This document shows positions 17,903 to 27,359 of a DNA stretch of 33,311 bases, in pieces. The stretch covers positions 1-33,311 of IMG/VR virus record IMGVR_UViG_3300025888_000273, one strand, 5' to 3'. Source of the stretch: a virus (lineage: Duplodnaviria; Caudoviricetes). Under the pieces are notes generated by a model. That model was not told the origin of the DNA. It saw nothing but the letters and a program-made list of their open reading frames with translations, and made no database searches. The translations under genes and the position numbers were made by a program. Each line of letters starts with the position of its first letter. Within the stretch, counting starts at the first letter, position 1.

Positions 17903-20872
17903 GTGAGTGATGAATTAGCACTAAAAATTCCAATAACCGCGGATGCTGCTGGGTTTAGTTCAGCCATGCAAGGAGTAAAGGAAAGTGCTAGTGGTGCATT
18001 AGGTGGAGTAAAAAGCCATTTAGCGGATGTGAAATTAGCATTTGGAGCAATAGGGATTGCAGCTGGAGGTTATTTAGTTAGTGCTGTAAACAGTGCCGCA
18101 AAAGCAGAGGTAAGCACCACTAGATTGAATAAAATGTTACAGAACCAAGGTATGTCATTTCAGAGTGCCAAAAAAGATGTTAATGAATTTACAAGTGGAA
18201 TAACTAAAATGTCTATATACTCTGGTGAGGATGCAAGGGATGCATTGGCAAATTTAACCCAGAAAGGATTGTCTTATGGCGAATCTTTACATTCTTCCAC
18301 TGCATTAACAAACTTAGCAGCTGGGGCAAATATAAATTTAACATCTGCTAGTACTTTGTTATCCCAAGCGCACAATGGACAGTACATGAGATTGGAAAGG
18401 CTTGGAATAGTTACAAAAGAACAGGTTAAAAATGGTTTAACATATGAACAAACATTAGGGTTAATCAATAAAAGATTTGGTGGAACTGCCGCAGCTCAGA
18501 TGGAAACTTATACAGGTCAGCAAGCTATGTTGGCTAAAAGTTTTGCATCTGTAAAAGTAGCAATAGGAACTGCATTACTACCTGTATTGACTGAACTTAC
18601 AAAACATACAAATGAAGCTTTACAACCAGTAATTGCATTTATTAAAGGGCATTCTCAATTAGCGGCTGGTATATTGGTAACAATTGCTGCAGTAGGTGGA
18701 CTAGTTGGAGGGTTTGCGGTACTAGCTAAAGTAAGTGAAGTTTTAGGGCCTGGTGTAAAAATAATAACAGGACTTATATCTGGAATCAGTTGGCCCATAT
18801 TGGCTGTAATCGCAACATTTACATTGTTTACATTAGCATATACTAAAAATTTTGGTGGCTTTAAAACATTTATAGATGGGGTGTTTAAAGGTGCTCTTTC
18901 TATTTTCAATGCATTTAAAGCGGCTATATCTGGTGGCGATGTTGGCAAAGAATTAAGTAGTTCTTTTGGTAAAAATACAGGACAAATAAAAGTAGTTATA
19001 CAAGGAATAGTTGATGCAGTGAAAGTATTTGTTGCTATTTTAACTGGCAATTTCAAATCAGCTACCAAAATCATAGATATGTGGGGCGATGGCTCTGATG
19101 AAACTATGGGCAAGGTTGTAAAAACTGTGGCTAAAGTGGCATTAACTATAAGAGATGTAGTAACCTCTATTGTGTCTTTTGTTAAGGCCCATATGCCTCA
19201 AATAAAAGCTGTTATTAGTGATGTTTTTAACGGAATAAAAACAATATGGAATAGTGTACTGCTTCCTTTACTTAAAATTATGATAAATAATTTAGGGGTT
19301 ATTATATCATTTGTCGTAGCTCATTGGCCTCAAATTAAAGATACGATTGAAGCTGTTTTTAATGGAATAAAAGTAGTATGGGACAAAGTATTGAAACCAA
19401 CGCTAGCTTTTCTAATTACTGGAATTAAGGCTGTGGTTGACTGGATATCTACTAACTGGCCTTTAATACAGCAAACCGTGACTACAGTTTTTAGTAATGT
19501 CAAAAAAACAATCAAAGTTGCAATGGTTGTTATACAATCTGTTATCGAGGCAGCTATGACAGTGTTGAAACCAATATGGACATTAGCATGGAATGTTATA
19601 AAAAATGTTATAGGCCCAATTTTTAATTTAATAAAAGATATTATATCTACTGCAATGAAAATTGTTGGTGATGTAATAAAATTAGCTATGAATCTTATCA
19701 ATGGTAATTGGAGTGGAGCCTGGAAATCTTTATGTAATATAGCAAAAGATATTTTTGGTGGTATGAAAAAAATAGTAAACGATCAATTTGCTATTATTGG
19801 AGGATTATTCAAAGGGGTTGCTACAACTGCGCTAGGTTGGGGCAAAGATTTAGTACAATCCATTATAAATGGTATTAAAAGCAAAGCTGCAGCAATAGGA
19901 AATGGCGCAATGGATATTGTAAATCTAGTTATCAAGAAGTTCAAAGAGGGCTTCGGGATTCATAGTCCCAGCACCGTTTTCCATGGGTTTGGGTTTAATT
20001 TAATTCAGGGGCTCATGAATGGCCTCTCAAGCACAAATTTAAAGAGTTTCACTGGCAATATGATTAAAAGTATAAAAAGTTCTTTCTCTAATGGTACTGG
20101 CGAAATCAGTTCTGCATTTCAAGGAATGCTAGGTGGCGCCAACGGTATTTTGGATGGCGCTGAGGGATTACTTGGGAAATTAGGTATTAGTATAGGTGGA
20201 ACTGGTGGAGCAAGTGGTAGCGTTTTAGATATGATAAAAAAGGCTATTGGTATTACTGGAACTGATCCAAGTAATCTGAACGCATTAGCAACTATTGCAA
20301 TGCATGAAAGTGGTGGTTCTCAAACTGTTCAGAACAACTGGGATTCGAATGCAAAAGCCGGCATACCTTCGGCTGGTCTTTTTCAAATGATTCAGCCAAC
20401 TTTCGATGAACATAAATTGCCTGGTCATAATAACCGATTAAACGGAGTAGACTCAGCAATTTCTGCTATTCGATATATGATTAGCCGATATGGTTCAGTG
20501 AATAATGTACCTGGAATAAAATCGTTAAAACGAGGCGGAGCTTATGTCGGATATGCAAACGGAACTTTTAATGCACTTGGAGGACTAAGCATAAAAGGTG
20601 AACATGGACCAGAACTCTCTTGGAGTAATAGTGGTGACAAAATAATAGATGCCCAAAACACAAAGGCATTGTTAAATATTCCTGCTGTGCTTCAAAAATT
20701 AACAGAATCAATTGATAAAATCAACACAAACAATAAAGCAACAAATAATACAGGTGGAGATTATAAACTAGCTGATAAAATTTATATAAATAATGATATG
20801 GATATTAAAAAAGTCGCTGAGCAATTTGAATTTTATAGAAAAGCTTATGCAAAAGGGAGGGGAGGAAACTAG
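17903..20872 (+). CDS. Tape measure protein with C-terminal lytic transglycosylase-like domain
   Basis: 989 aa, Ala/Gly/Ile-rich with periodic W/F; FGIHSPS; IAMHESGG..SAGLFQMIQPTF..YMISRYG. Confidence 0.92.
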   Translation: MSDELALKIPITADAAGFSSAMQGVKESASGALGGVKSHLADVKLAFGAIGIAAGGYLVSAVNSAAKAEVSTTRLNKMLQNQGMSFQSAKKDVNEFTSGITKMSIYSGEDARDALANLTQKGLSYGESLHSSTALTNLAAGANINLTSASTLLSQAHNGQYMRLERLGIVTKEQVKNGLTYEQTLGLINKRFGGTAAAQMETYTGQQAMLAKSFASVKVAIGTALLPVLTELTKHTNEALQPVIAFIKGHSQLAAGILVTIAAVGGLVGGFAVLAKVSEVLGPGVKIITGLISGISWPILAVIATFTLFTLAYTKNFGGFKTFIDGVFKGALSIFNAFKAAISGGDVGKELSSSFGKNTGQIKVVIQGIVDAVKVFVAILTGNFKSATKIIDMWGDGSDETMGKVVKTVAKVALTIRDVVTSIVSFVKAHMPQIKAVISDVFNGIKTIWNSVLLPLLKIMINNLGVIISFVVAHWPQIKDTIEAVFNGIKVVWDKVLKPTLAFLITGIKAVVDWISTNWPLIQQTVTTVFSNVKKTIKVAMVVIQSVIEAAMTVLKPIWTLAWNVIKNVIGPIFNLIKDIISTAMKIVGDVIKLAMNLINGNWSGAWKSLCNIAKDIFGGMKKIVNDQFAIIGGLFKGVATTALGWGKDLVQSIINGIKSKAAAIGNGAMDIVNLVIKKFKEGFGIHSPSTVFHGFGFNLIQGLMNGLSSTNLKSFTGNMIKSIKSSFSNGTGEISSAFQGMLGGANGILDGAEGLLGKLGISIGGTGGASGSVLDMIKKAIGITGTDPSNLNALATIAMHESGGSQTVQNNWDSNAKAGIPSAGLFQMIQPTFDEHKLPGHNNRLNGVDSAISAIRYMISRYGSVNNVPGIKSLKRGGAYVGYANGTFNALGGLSIKGEHGPELSWSNSGDKIIDAQNTKALLNIPAVLQKLTESIDKINTNNKATNNTGGDYKLADKIYINNDMDIKKVAEQFEFYRKAYAKGRGGN

Positions 20873-21559
20873 ATGTATGATTCTTTTAATTACAACGGAA
20901 TAGAAAGTAGTGATTTTAATATTTTTATGTCAAGCAAGCCTTCCAGACCGATTGCCGCGAAGCGAGTACAATATTATGATATTCCAGGCCGCAATGGCCA
21001 TTTAACTGTTGACCAGGGGCTTTTGCCGGCTACAATAACGGTACCCTGTACAAATATGGATGTATCGCAAGAAGATTTAAGACAAATTAAAGCATGGTTA
21101 AGTGGTAGCGGAAAATTAATTTTTAGTGATGAACCTGACGTATATTGGAAAGTTAGGCTTGATCTTCAAGTTGATTTTACTGTTGCTATAAAGCAAGTGC
21201 ACCAATTTATTTTGGTATTTGACAGCTATCCTTTAGCGTATTCAATTGATAATAATTTAATAACATTAACATCTGCCGGAAAAATTTATAATCCAGGTAC
21301 CGCAGAGAGTGATCCAATTATAAAAATTTATGGTAGCGGTATAATAGTCCTTAATGTTAATGACAATATTATTAATTTGTCTAATATAGATGGATTTGTT
21401 GTAATTAATGCTGAGATGATAAATGCTTATAAAGACACAATTCTCATGAATCAATATATGCGCGGTGAATTTCCGTTTTTCATTGCGGGTAGCAACACTA
21501 TATCGTGGACAGGCACTGTAAGTAAAATAGAAATTATTCCAAATTGGCGGTGGTCGTAA
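20873..21559 (+). CDS. Distal tail protein (Dit)
   Basis: FNYNGIESSDF, IPGRNG, WLSGSGKLIFSDEPD, NPGTAESDPIIKIYGSG; follows the tape measure. Confidence 0.88.
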   Translation: MYDSFNYNGIESSDFNIFMSSKPSRPIAAKRVQYYDIPGRNGHLTVDQGLLPATITVPCTNMDVSQEDLRQIKAWLSGSGKLIFSDEPDVYWKVRLDLQVDFTVAIKQVHQFILVFDSYPLAYSIDNNLITLTSAGKIYNPGTAESDPIIKIYGSGIIVLNVNDNIINLSNIDGFVVINAEMINAYKDTILMNQYMRGEFPFFIAGSNTISWTGTVSKIEIIPNWRWS

Positions 21560-23379
21560 TGATCTGTTTGTATGACAGTAAAACAACCAGGGGCAATTTC
21601 GATAATAATGGCATAGTTATTTTATCTGACTGCCTATCTTTTCTCACAACTGAAAAGAACAATGATACTTATGAAGTTGAATTTGAATACCCTATTGATC
21701 CCCAAGGGAAATGGAAATATATATTAAATGGGAATATCGTTAAAAATTCTTTAGGTCAATTATTTAGGATTTATCATAGGCATAAAACTATAACTGGCAT
21801 TAAAGCAACTGGACGTCATATATTCTACGACTTGTTAGATAACTTATTAGAGGATGTAAGACCAACTAATTTAGGTGGAGCTGCAAGCGTTGATTATATA
21901 CTAAGCCGGACTCAATATATGCATCCATTTACAAGTATGGGTGATGTTGGTGGGAGCAATACAATATATTTTGTTCGCAAAAATCCAATTGAGGCAATTA
22001 TGAATACCGGTGGGATTATTGAAGCTAGTGGCGGTGAACTTGTAAGAGATAATTTCAATATTAAATTATTACAAGCAAGAGGATTAAATCGTGGAGTATT
22101 AGTCAGTTATGGAAAAAACATTGAGGGTATTGAAGAAGACTTAGATGAGGATTCAATTTGCACTAGAGCATTAATACTAGGTAAGGATGGATTAATGTTA
22201 CCTGAAAAATATATCGATAGCCGGTATATTAATAATTTTGCTCATCCAAAAATTAAAGTTGTTGAATTCGCAGATATTGGCGTGGATGCAGATGCAGGAA
22301 TAACAGAAGCACAAGCGATAGTATTGTTAAGAACTGCAGGACAAAATTATATGCTTACATCAAAATGCGATGAACCTCCATTTACATACGTTGTAAGTTT
22401 TTTACCACTTTCAACTACTGAAGAATATAAAAATTATGCTATTTTAGAAAGTGTGTATCTGTGTGACACTGTTATCATAAGACATACAAAACTAGGTATG
22501 GATTTGGAAGCTAAGGCAATATCCATTACTTTTAATGACTTGACTAAAAAAATTGATACTATTGAGCTAGGAAGTTTTAAACCCAATATAGCTACTAGCA
22601 TAAATAATGCTATACAAGGGGTCAAGCAATCTATAATACAAGTTACGAGTGCTTATCAATTAGCAATAGAGAATGCTACAAAATTAATAACAGGCTCAAA
22701 AGGCGGGAATGTAGTAATACGACAAAATGATGCTGGAAAACCATATGAAATTTTAATTATGGATACAACCGATATTATGACAGCACAGAATGTATGGCGA
22801 TGGAATAGTGGAGGATTTGGTCATAGTGCTACAGGATATAATGGCCCATTTGATACTGCAATAACCCAAGATGGTCACATCGTAGGCACGTTTATTACTG
22901 CGCTAGTTATTAATGGTGGACAAATAAAAACTGGCTATATAACCTCGGAAGATGGCAAAGTTAGCATAGGGTTAGATAGTGGTACAGGTGTCCATATAAC
23001 AGGTTCAGCACTAACATTAACAAATGGGAACAATGAAGTTGTCATTGATGGACTTCATAATATGCACAAGATATTAGCAAGTGGCACAATAACGATAGAA
23101 ATGGTGGCAGGACAAACGAGCGCGGTATTCAATGTTCCGCATAATTTAGGGTATAACCCATGTTATGCCTGCTATACAATTAATCAATCAGGCGATATTG
23201 GACTGTTACCATCCTATAGTTTTTCCAGTAATGTTAATACTGCATTAGATATAGTCGGGGCAACAAGAGCATGGGTTAACACTACAAGATTACAAATTTA
23301 TGTATTACGGACGTCTGAATTTACTGCTGCAAGCACAGATATTATTAAATACTTTTTATATAAAGAGGTGGCTATCTAG
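21559..23379 (+). CDS. Tail tip/spike protein (Tal-like)
   Basis: FDNNGIVIL, QLFRIY, HIFYDL, GGELVRDNF, YGKNIEG, VWRWNSGG..AITQDG; TAATG overlap with Dit. Confidence 0.85.
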   Translation: MICLYDSKTTRGNFDNNGIVILSDCLSFLTTEKNNDTYEVEFEYPIDPQGKWKYILNGNIVKNSLGQLFRIYHRHKTITGIKATGRHIFYDLLDNLLEDVRPTNLGGAASVDYILSRTQYMHPFTSMGDVGGSNTIYFVRKNPIEAIMNTGGIIEASGGELVRDNFNIKLLQARGLNRGVLVSYGKNIEGIEEDLDEDSICTRALILGKDGLMLPEKYIDSRYINNFAHPKIKVVEFADIGVDADAGITEAQAIVLLRTAGQNYMLTSKCDEPPFTYVVSFLPLSTTEEYKNYAILESVYLCDTVIIRHTKLGMDLEAKAISITFNDLTKKIDTIELGSFKPNIATSINNAIQGVKQSIIQVTSAYQLAIENATKLITGSKGGNVVIRQNDAGKPYEILIMDTTDIMTAQNVWRWNSGGFGHSATGYNGPFDTAITQDGHIVGTFITALVINGGQIKTGYITSEDGKVSIGLDSGTGVHITGSALTLTNGNNEVVIDGLHNMHKILASGTITIEMVAGQTSAVFNVPHNLGYNPCYACYTINQSGDIGLLPSYSFSSNVNTALDIVGATRAWVNTTRLQIYVLRTSEFTAASTDIIKYFLYKEVAI

Positions 23380-23603
23380 TGATTATATATTATGATCTAG
23401 CAACAAAAAAAATTAAACGAACAGAGGACAATACAATGATTCCGATTTTGCCTATGAACTCTACTTTTGAGGATCAAAAGGCATATTATAGATCGCAAAA
23501 TGAAGATTTTATAAGTTTACCTTACGAGCTAGGAATTTATGTGTATAATTTTAATCTGAATTTTAATGCAGAGGGAGTTTTTATAGGTTTACAACCTAAA
23601 TAA
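23379..23603 (+). CDS. Small tail-associated hypothetical protein
   Basis: 74 aa, GAGGTGG RBS, translationally coupled. Confidence 0.7.
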   Translation: MIIYYDLATKKIKRTEDNTMIPILPMNSTFEDQKAYYRSQNEDFISLPYELGIYVYNFNLNFNAEGVFIGLQPK

Positions 23604-23611
23604 TAAAGGGA

Positions 23612-25744
23612 GTGACGCAAATGATAAAACCAATCGAGCATTATATAAATATAGATTTAGCAACGAAAATCAATGTAAATCAATCAATAGTTATTCCAAA
23701 ATCAGATACAAATAGTCATAAATTTATAATAAATGTATTTAATAATTCTGTCAGTTATAATTTAACTGACACAACTTCAAAGATATATTTAAAAAAATCT
23801 GATGGAACAGTAGTCTTTTTAAATTGTGTGATTGATAGTACAATTACGAATCAATTAAGTGTTTTATTGAGCACTCAAGCAGTAACCGCAGTTGGGCAAG
23901 TGGCATCTGAAATTACGATATATGGAACAGCTGGAGAAGTATTAACATCTGTTACTTTTAATTTTACAGTAAATGAAATAACACGTGATGATTCAGCTAT
24001 TGAAAGCACGAGTGAATTTACTGCCTTAACAGATGCATTAGCAGTTATTGCTAGCATTGAAAACAAAGCAGAAAAAAGCTATGTAGATGCAAATTTAGCA
24101 ATAGTTAATTCGAGTTTGGCTGATATTCCGTCACAAATTGCTGTAAAGGTTGATAAGGTTACAGGCAAAGATTTATCAACAAATGATTATAATAATACAG
24201 AAAAAACAGAAGTTGCAAAAGTAGCATCAAAAAGAGATAAATTGACACCAATAGAGGATGTAGACATATCTCAAGATTTAAGAAACAAGATGACAGGAAT
24301 GACTCCAGTAAATAATTCTTTACCCGCTAATGCAAGTGTAACGTTGCCCTCGTTGGATGGTATAGTAAGAAGTTATTCATATCCTTTTCAAACAAATTGT
24401 AATTTTACTAAATCAGGGAGTCCAGAATTTGGGGCATCATTAAGAGATGGAATTATAGATGTACAACTTATTGGTGCTGATAGCAGTAAAAATTATAGTA
24501 TTTCACAGATACAACGCAAAAATGGGACAATTTCAACTATCGATGTTTGGGACTCAGATAGTTATGGAATTGTATGTTCTTTTTATGCTACTAATTATAC
24601 AGAACCAGTCGGCGTAGACACATTAACTCTAGTTGAAATGAATGCTAGTGGTATAACAGGAACTATAAAAATAAATTGGTCAAAATTTTTGAATCCTTGT
24701 ATTTATCAATCTTTAATTTTTTCAAATGCTGGACTTCATAAGTCTACATATGCTAATGTTCAAATTAAAATTAATGGTGATATGAGGAGAGATATAGACT
24801 TAGCGAGAGGGTTACAAGAAATATTTCTAACAACTTTAGACTATACTCATAAATTTGGTATTAGCACAATAACACGTCAAGTCACAAGTGGAGCTAATAA
24901 ATATTCTCAAATAGATTTATATGATTATACATCAAACAAGGTTTTATGCTCCTGGTATCAATTAAATTATGTTGAACCTACAGGAATAGATACGCTAGTA
25001 ATGACCACTATGGATAGTGGTGTTTCTACTGCAATATTAAAAGTTAATTGGGCAAAGATACAAATGGGTGGATTTGCAGGATTGCCTTTATATTTTGTAC
25101 CAAAAAGTTATGCACAACTTAACTTAGATCTATTAAATACTCGAGTTAAGCGATGGAAAAATAAAAAATGGTACGCTGATGGCGATAGCATGACCGAACA
25201 AAATATATATCCTTGGTGGGTAAATCTTTATTGCGAGTTTACAAGTTATTATAATGCAGGACAAAGTGGTTTAGGTATGCAACATATGGCAGAAAAGTTT
25301 GCAGTTGAACCATTAACAAATTATGATTTAATAACCGTATTTGCAGGTACTAATGATTATGGTGGGAGTACACCTTTAGGAACTATGGCAGATGATAAAA
25401 CAGCGGCTTCTTTTTATGGTTATACAAAAATGGTTATTGATGCAATATTAACATCAAAGCCTACAATAAGAGTTGCATTTTTCACGCCTATACAAAGAGG
25501 TAATTTTACAGGTCAGCCAGTATTTCCGGCACCAAATAGTGCAGGGTTTACGCTAGACCAATATGTAGATGCAATTATTACAGTTTGTAAATCTTTTGGA
25601 GTACCCGTATTAGATTTATTTAGAGTGAGTGGCATAAATCAATATAATTTTGCTAACTATTTACAAGATGGTTTACATCCTAATAATACAGGTGGTGGTG
25701 CATTACTAGGTAGACAAATACAAAGTTTTCTTGAAGTAATCTAG
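23612..25744 (+). CDS. BppU-like upper baseplate/receptor-binding protein with C-terminal SGNH esterase
   Basis: N-terminal BppU-like region (DTNSHKFII, KKSDG, IESTSEFTAL); SGNH blocks DGDSMT, G.SG, GTNDY, DGLHPN. Confidence 0.85.
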   Translation: MTQMIKPIEHYINIDLATKINVNQSIVIPKSDTNSHKFIINVFNNSVSYNLTDTTSKIYLKKSDGTVVFLNCVIDSTITNQLSVLLSTQAVTAVGQVASEITIYGTAGEVLTSVTFNFTVNEITRDDSAIESTSEFTALTDALAVIASIENKAEKSYVDANLAIVNSSLADIPSQIAVKVDKVTGKDLSTNDYNNTEKTEVAKVASKRDKLTPIEDVDISQDLRNKMTGMTPVNNSLPANASVTLPSLDGIVRSYSYPFQTNCNFTKSGSPEFGASLRDGIIDVQLIGADSSKNYSISQIQRKNGTISTIDVWDSDSYGIVCSFYATNYTEPVGVDTLTLVEMNASGITGTIKINWSKFLNPCIYQSLIFSNAGLHKSTYANVQIKINGDMRRDIDLARGLQEIFLTTLDYTHKFGISTITRQVTSGANKYSQIDLYDYTSNKVLCSWYQLNYVEPTGIDTLVMTTMDSGVSTAILKVNWAKIQMGGFAGLPLYFVPKSYAQLNLDLLNTRVKRWKNKKWYADGDSMTEQNIYPWWVNLYCEFTSYYNAGQSGLGMQHMAEKFAVEPLTNYDLITVFAGTNDYGGSTPLGTMADDKTAASFYGYTKMVIDAILTSKPTIRVAFFTPIQRGNFTGQPVFPAPNSAGFTLDQYVDAIITVCKSFGVPVLDLFRVSGINQYNFANYLQDGLHPNNTGGGALLGRQIQSFLEVI
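25163..25439 (+). repeat. Mosaic direct repeat, copy 1 (copy 2 at 26046-26322)
   Basis: 38/38 bp (25163-25200), 84/86 bp (25301-25386) and 19/19 bp (25421-25439) identical at +883 offset. Confidence 0.92.
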
Positions 25745-25823
25745 TACGACCTTAATACTAAAATATTCCCTAAATGTTATTTATGGTATATAATAATATT
25801 ATTACATATTAGGGGGAATTTAC

Positions 25824-26621
25824 ATGAGTTACAAAAGAAAATCTAATTCTAAATTTATAATAATTGGTACACTGACCGTAGCAGTGCTTATAATTATGCT
25901 AGGTATAGGCATATATAGAAATAACCAATTATTAAAAACAAATGCACAAGAAGCAAATATATATAATAACAAGCAAGCAGTAAAAGATAGTATTGCTCAA
26001 AAAAAAGCTGACATTGAACAAAAAAAATCAGATAAATATAAAGACAAAAAATGGTACGCTGATGGCGATAGCATGACCGAACAGAATATATACCCTTATT
26101 ATTTAAAAGATATGTGTGGCTTTGCAAAATATTATAATGCTGGTCGAAGTGGACAAGGCATGGCAAGAATGGCTGATAAATTCGCAGTTGAACCATTAAC
26201 AAATTATGATTTAATAACAGTATTTGCAGGTACTAACGATTATGGTGGGAGTACACCTTTAGGAACTATTTATGATAGTGAATATGCAAAAACATTTTAC
26301 GGATATACAAAAATGGTTATTGGTAAAATACGAAAATCTAATCCAAAGATTGAAATAGTATTTTTCACCCCACTAAAAAGAGGCAAGTTTGAAAATCAGC
26401 CTATATATCCTGCTCCAAATGAAATTGGTGTACAGCTAGAAAATTATGTTCAAGCTATTAAAGATGTTTGTAACAAAGATTCGATAAAAGTTATAGATTT
26501 GTTTAATGAAAGTGGCATTAACGAAAATAATTTATTAAAATATACTAAAGATGGTTTGCATCCTAATGAAGCAGGATGCAAGAAAATTGATGTAGTAATC
26601 CAAACTGGTTTAGAAAACTAG
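25824..26621 (+). CDS. Membrane-anchored SGNH/GDSL esterase
   Basis: Basic N-terminus, one TM helix, short coiled stalk, complete SGNH motifs (GDSMT, GRSG, GTNDY, DGLHPN); TATAAT and GGGGGA RBS upstream. Confidence 0.9.
   Translation: MSYKRKSNSKFIIIGTLTVAVLIIMLGIGIYRNNQLLKTNAQEANIYNNKQAVKDSIAQKKADIEQKKSDKYKDKKWYADGDSMTEQNIYPYYLKDMCGFAKYYNAGRSGQGMARMADKFAVEPLTNYDLITVFAGTNDYGGSTPLGTIYDSEYAKTFYGYTKMVIGKIRKSNPKIEIVFFTPLKRGKFENQPIYPAPNEIGVQLENYVQAIKDVCNKDSIKVIDLFNESGINENNLLKYTKDGLHPNEAGCKKIDVVIQTGLEN
26046..26322 (+). repeat. Mosaic direct repeat, copy 2
   Basis: Blocks 26046-26083, 26184-26269 and 26304-26322 match copy 1. Confidence 0.92.
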
Positions 26622-26688
26622 ATTGCGACGGCATCGGATAATATGTCGACGTCAGCGACGTCAGCGTCGTAACTGAATAATACAATAT

Positions 26689-26711
26689 AGGCACTCGAAA
26701 GGGTGTCTTTT
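26689..26711 (+). terminator. Rho-independent terminator
   Basis: AGGCACTC-GAAA-GGGTGTCT followed by a T-rich tail. Confidence 0.7.
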
Positions 26712-26718
26712 GTTATGC

Positions 26719-26783
26719 AAAAATAAAATTGCAGGGCACGATATAAAATCAGTGCTCTGCATGAATCAGTAAGCAGGAGTACA
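26719..26783 (-). ncRNA. Candidate sRNA of about 65 nt
   Basis: Minus-strand TTTACA-17bp-TATATT with extended TG (26817-26789); ends in a GCAGAGCAC/GTGCCCTGC hairpin plus U-rich tail; no ORF. Confidence 0.5.
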
Positions 26784-26829
26784 AATTTAATATACCATAA
26801 TATGTAAATGTTGTAAAGTAGATAATTAT

Positions 26830-26910
26830 AAAAAATAATAAATGCAAAGTCGGGATATGAGATCCTAATTACCTTTGCATTTATAAGGATTAATGATTAA
26901 TGGTTAATAA
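26830..26910 (-). ncRNA. Candidate sRNA of about 80 nt
   Basis: Minus-strand TTGATA-17bp-TATTAT (26944-26916); AAATGCAAAG/CTTTGCATTT hairpin plus U-rich tail. Confidence 0.35.
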
Positions 26911-27000
26911 AGTATATAATATATTAATTTTAACAAAATATCAAGTTAATGTGAAAAAAATGTGGAGGTGCATCATGTAAAATTGAATAATTAATCACTG

Positions 27001-27025
27001 AGGAACTTAGAAATAAGTTCTTTTT
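27001..27025 (+). terminator. Terminator-like hairpin upstream of lysis genes
   Basis: GGAACTTA-GAAA-TAAGTTCT followed by a T-run. Confidence 0.6.
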
Positions 27026-27047
27026 CTATGCAAAAAAATTAAGGAGG

Positions 27048-27338
27048 GTGGACATGAGCGAATCATTTAAAAACATTCTTATAGTAGTGTGTTCTATAGT
27101 TGGATCAGTGATGGTGGTAGCAGGATATAATCGACTTACCAAAAAAGATACAGAAGACGAAACTAGGAACAATGCAATAATTTCGACTAAGCTAGACTAT
27201 GCAATCAAAGGGATTGAAGAAATCAAATCCGACAATAGAGAGCAAATTAAGCAGAATAACGATATTAATGAAAGAATGGCTACTGTAGAATCATCTACAA
27301 AGTCAGCTCATAAAAGAATTGATGAACTTGAAAAATAA
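27048..27338 (+). CDS. Holin-like/XhlA-like lysis accessory protein
   Basis: One N-terminal TM, coiled coil, ERMATVESSTKSAHKRID; directly before the endolysin. Confidence 0.7.
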   Translation: MDMSESFKNILIVVCSIVGSVMVVAGYNRLTKKDTEDETRNNAIISTKLDYAIKGIEEIKSDNREQIKQNNDINERMATVESSTKSAHKRIDELEK

Positions 27339-27359
27339 AAGTATTAGGGAGGTTTTATA

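Noticed and set aside
25163-26322. Diversity-generating retroelement TR/VR pair in the tail gene
   Set aside because: No reverse transcriptase in the window, mismatches are not adenine-specific, and both copies lie in intact esterase coding sequence.
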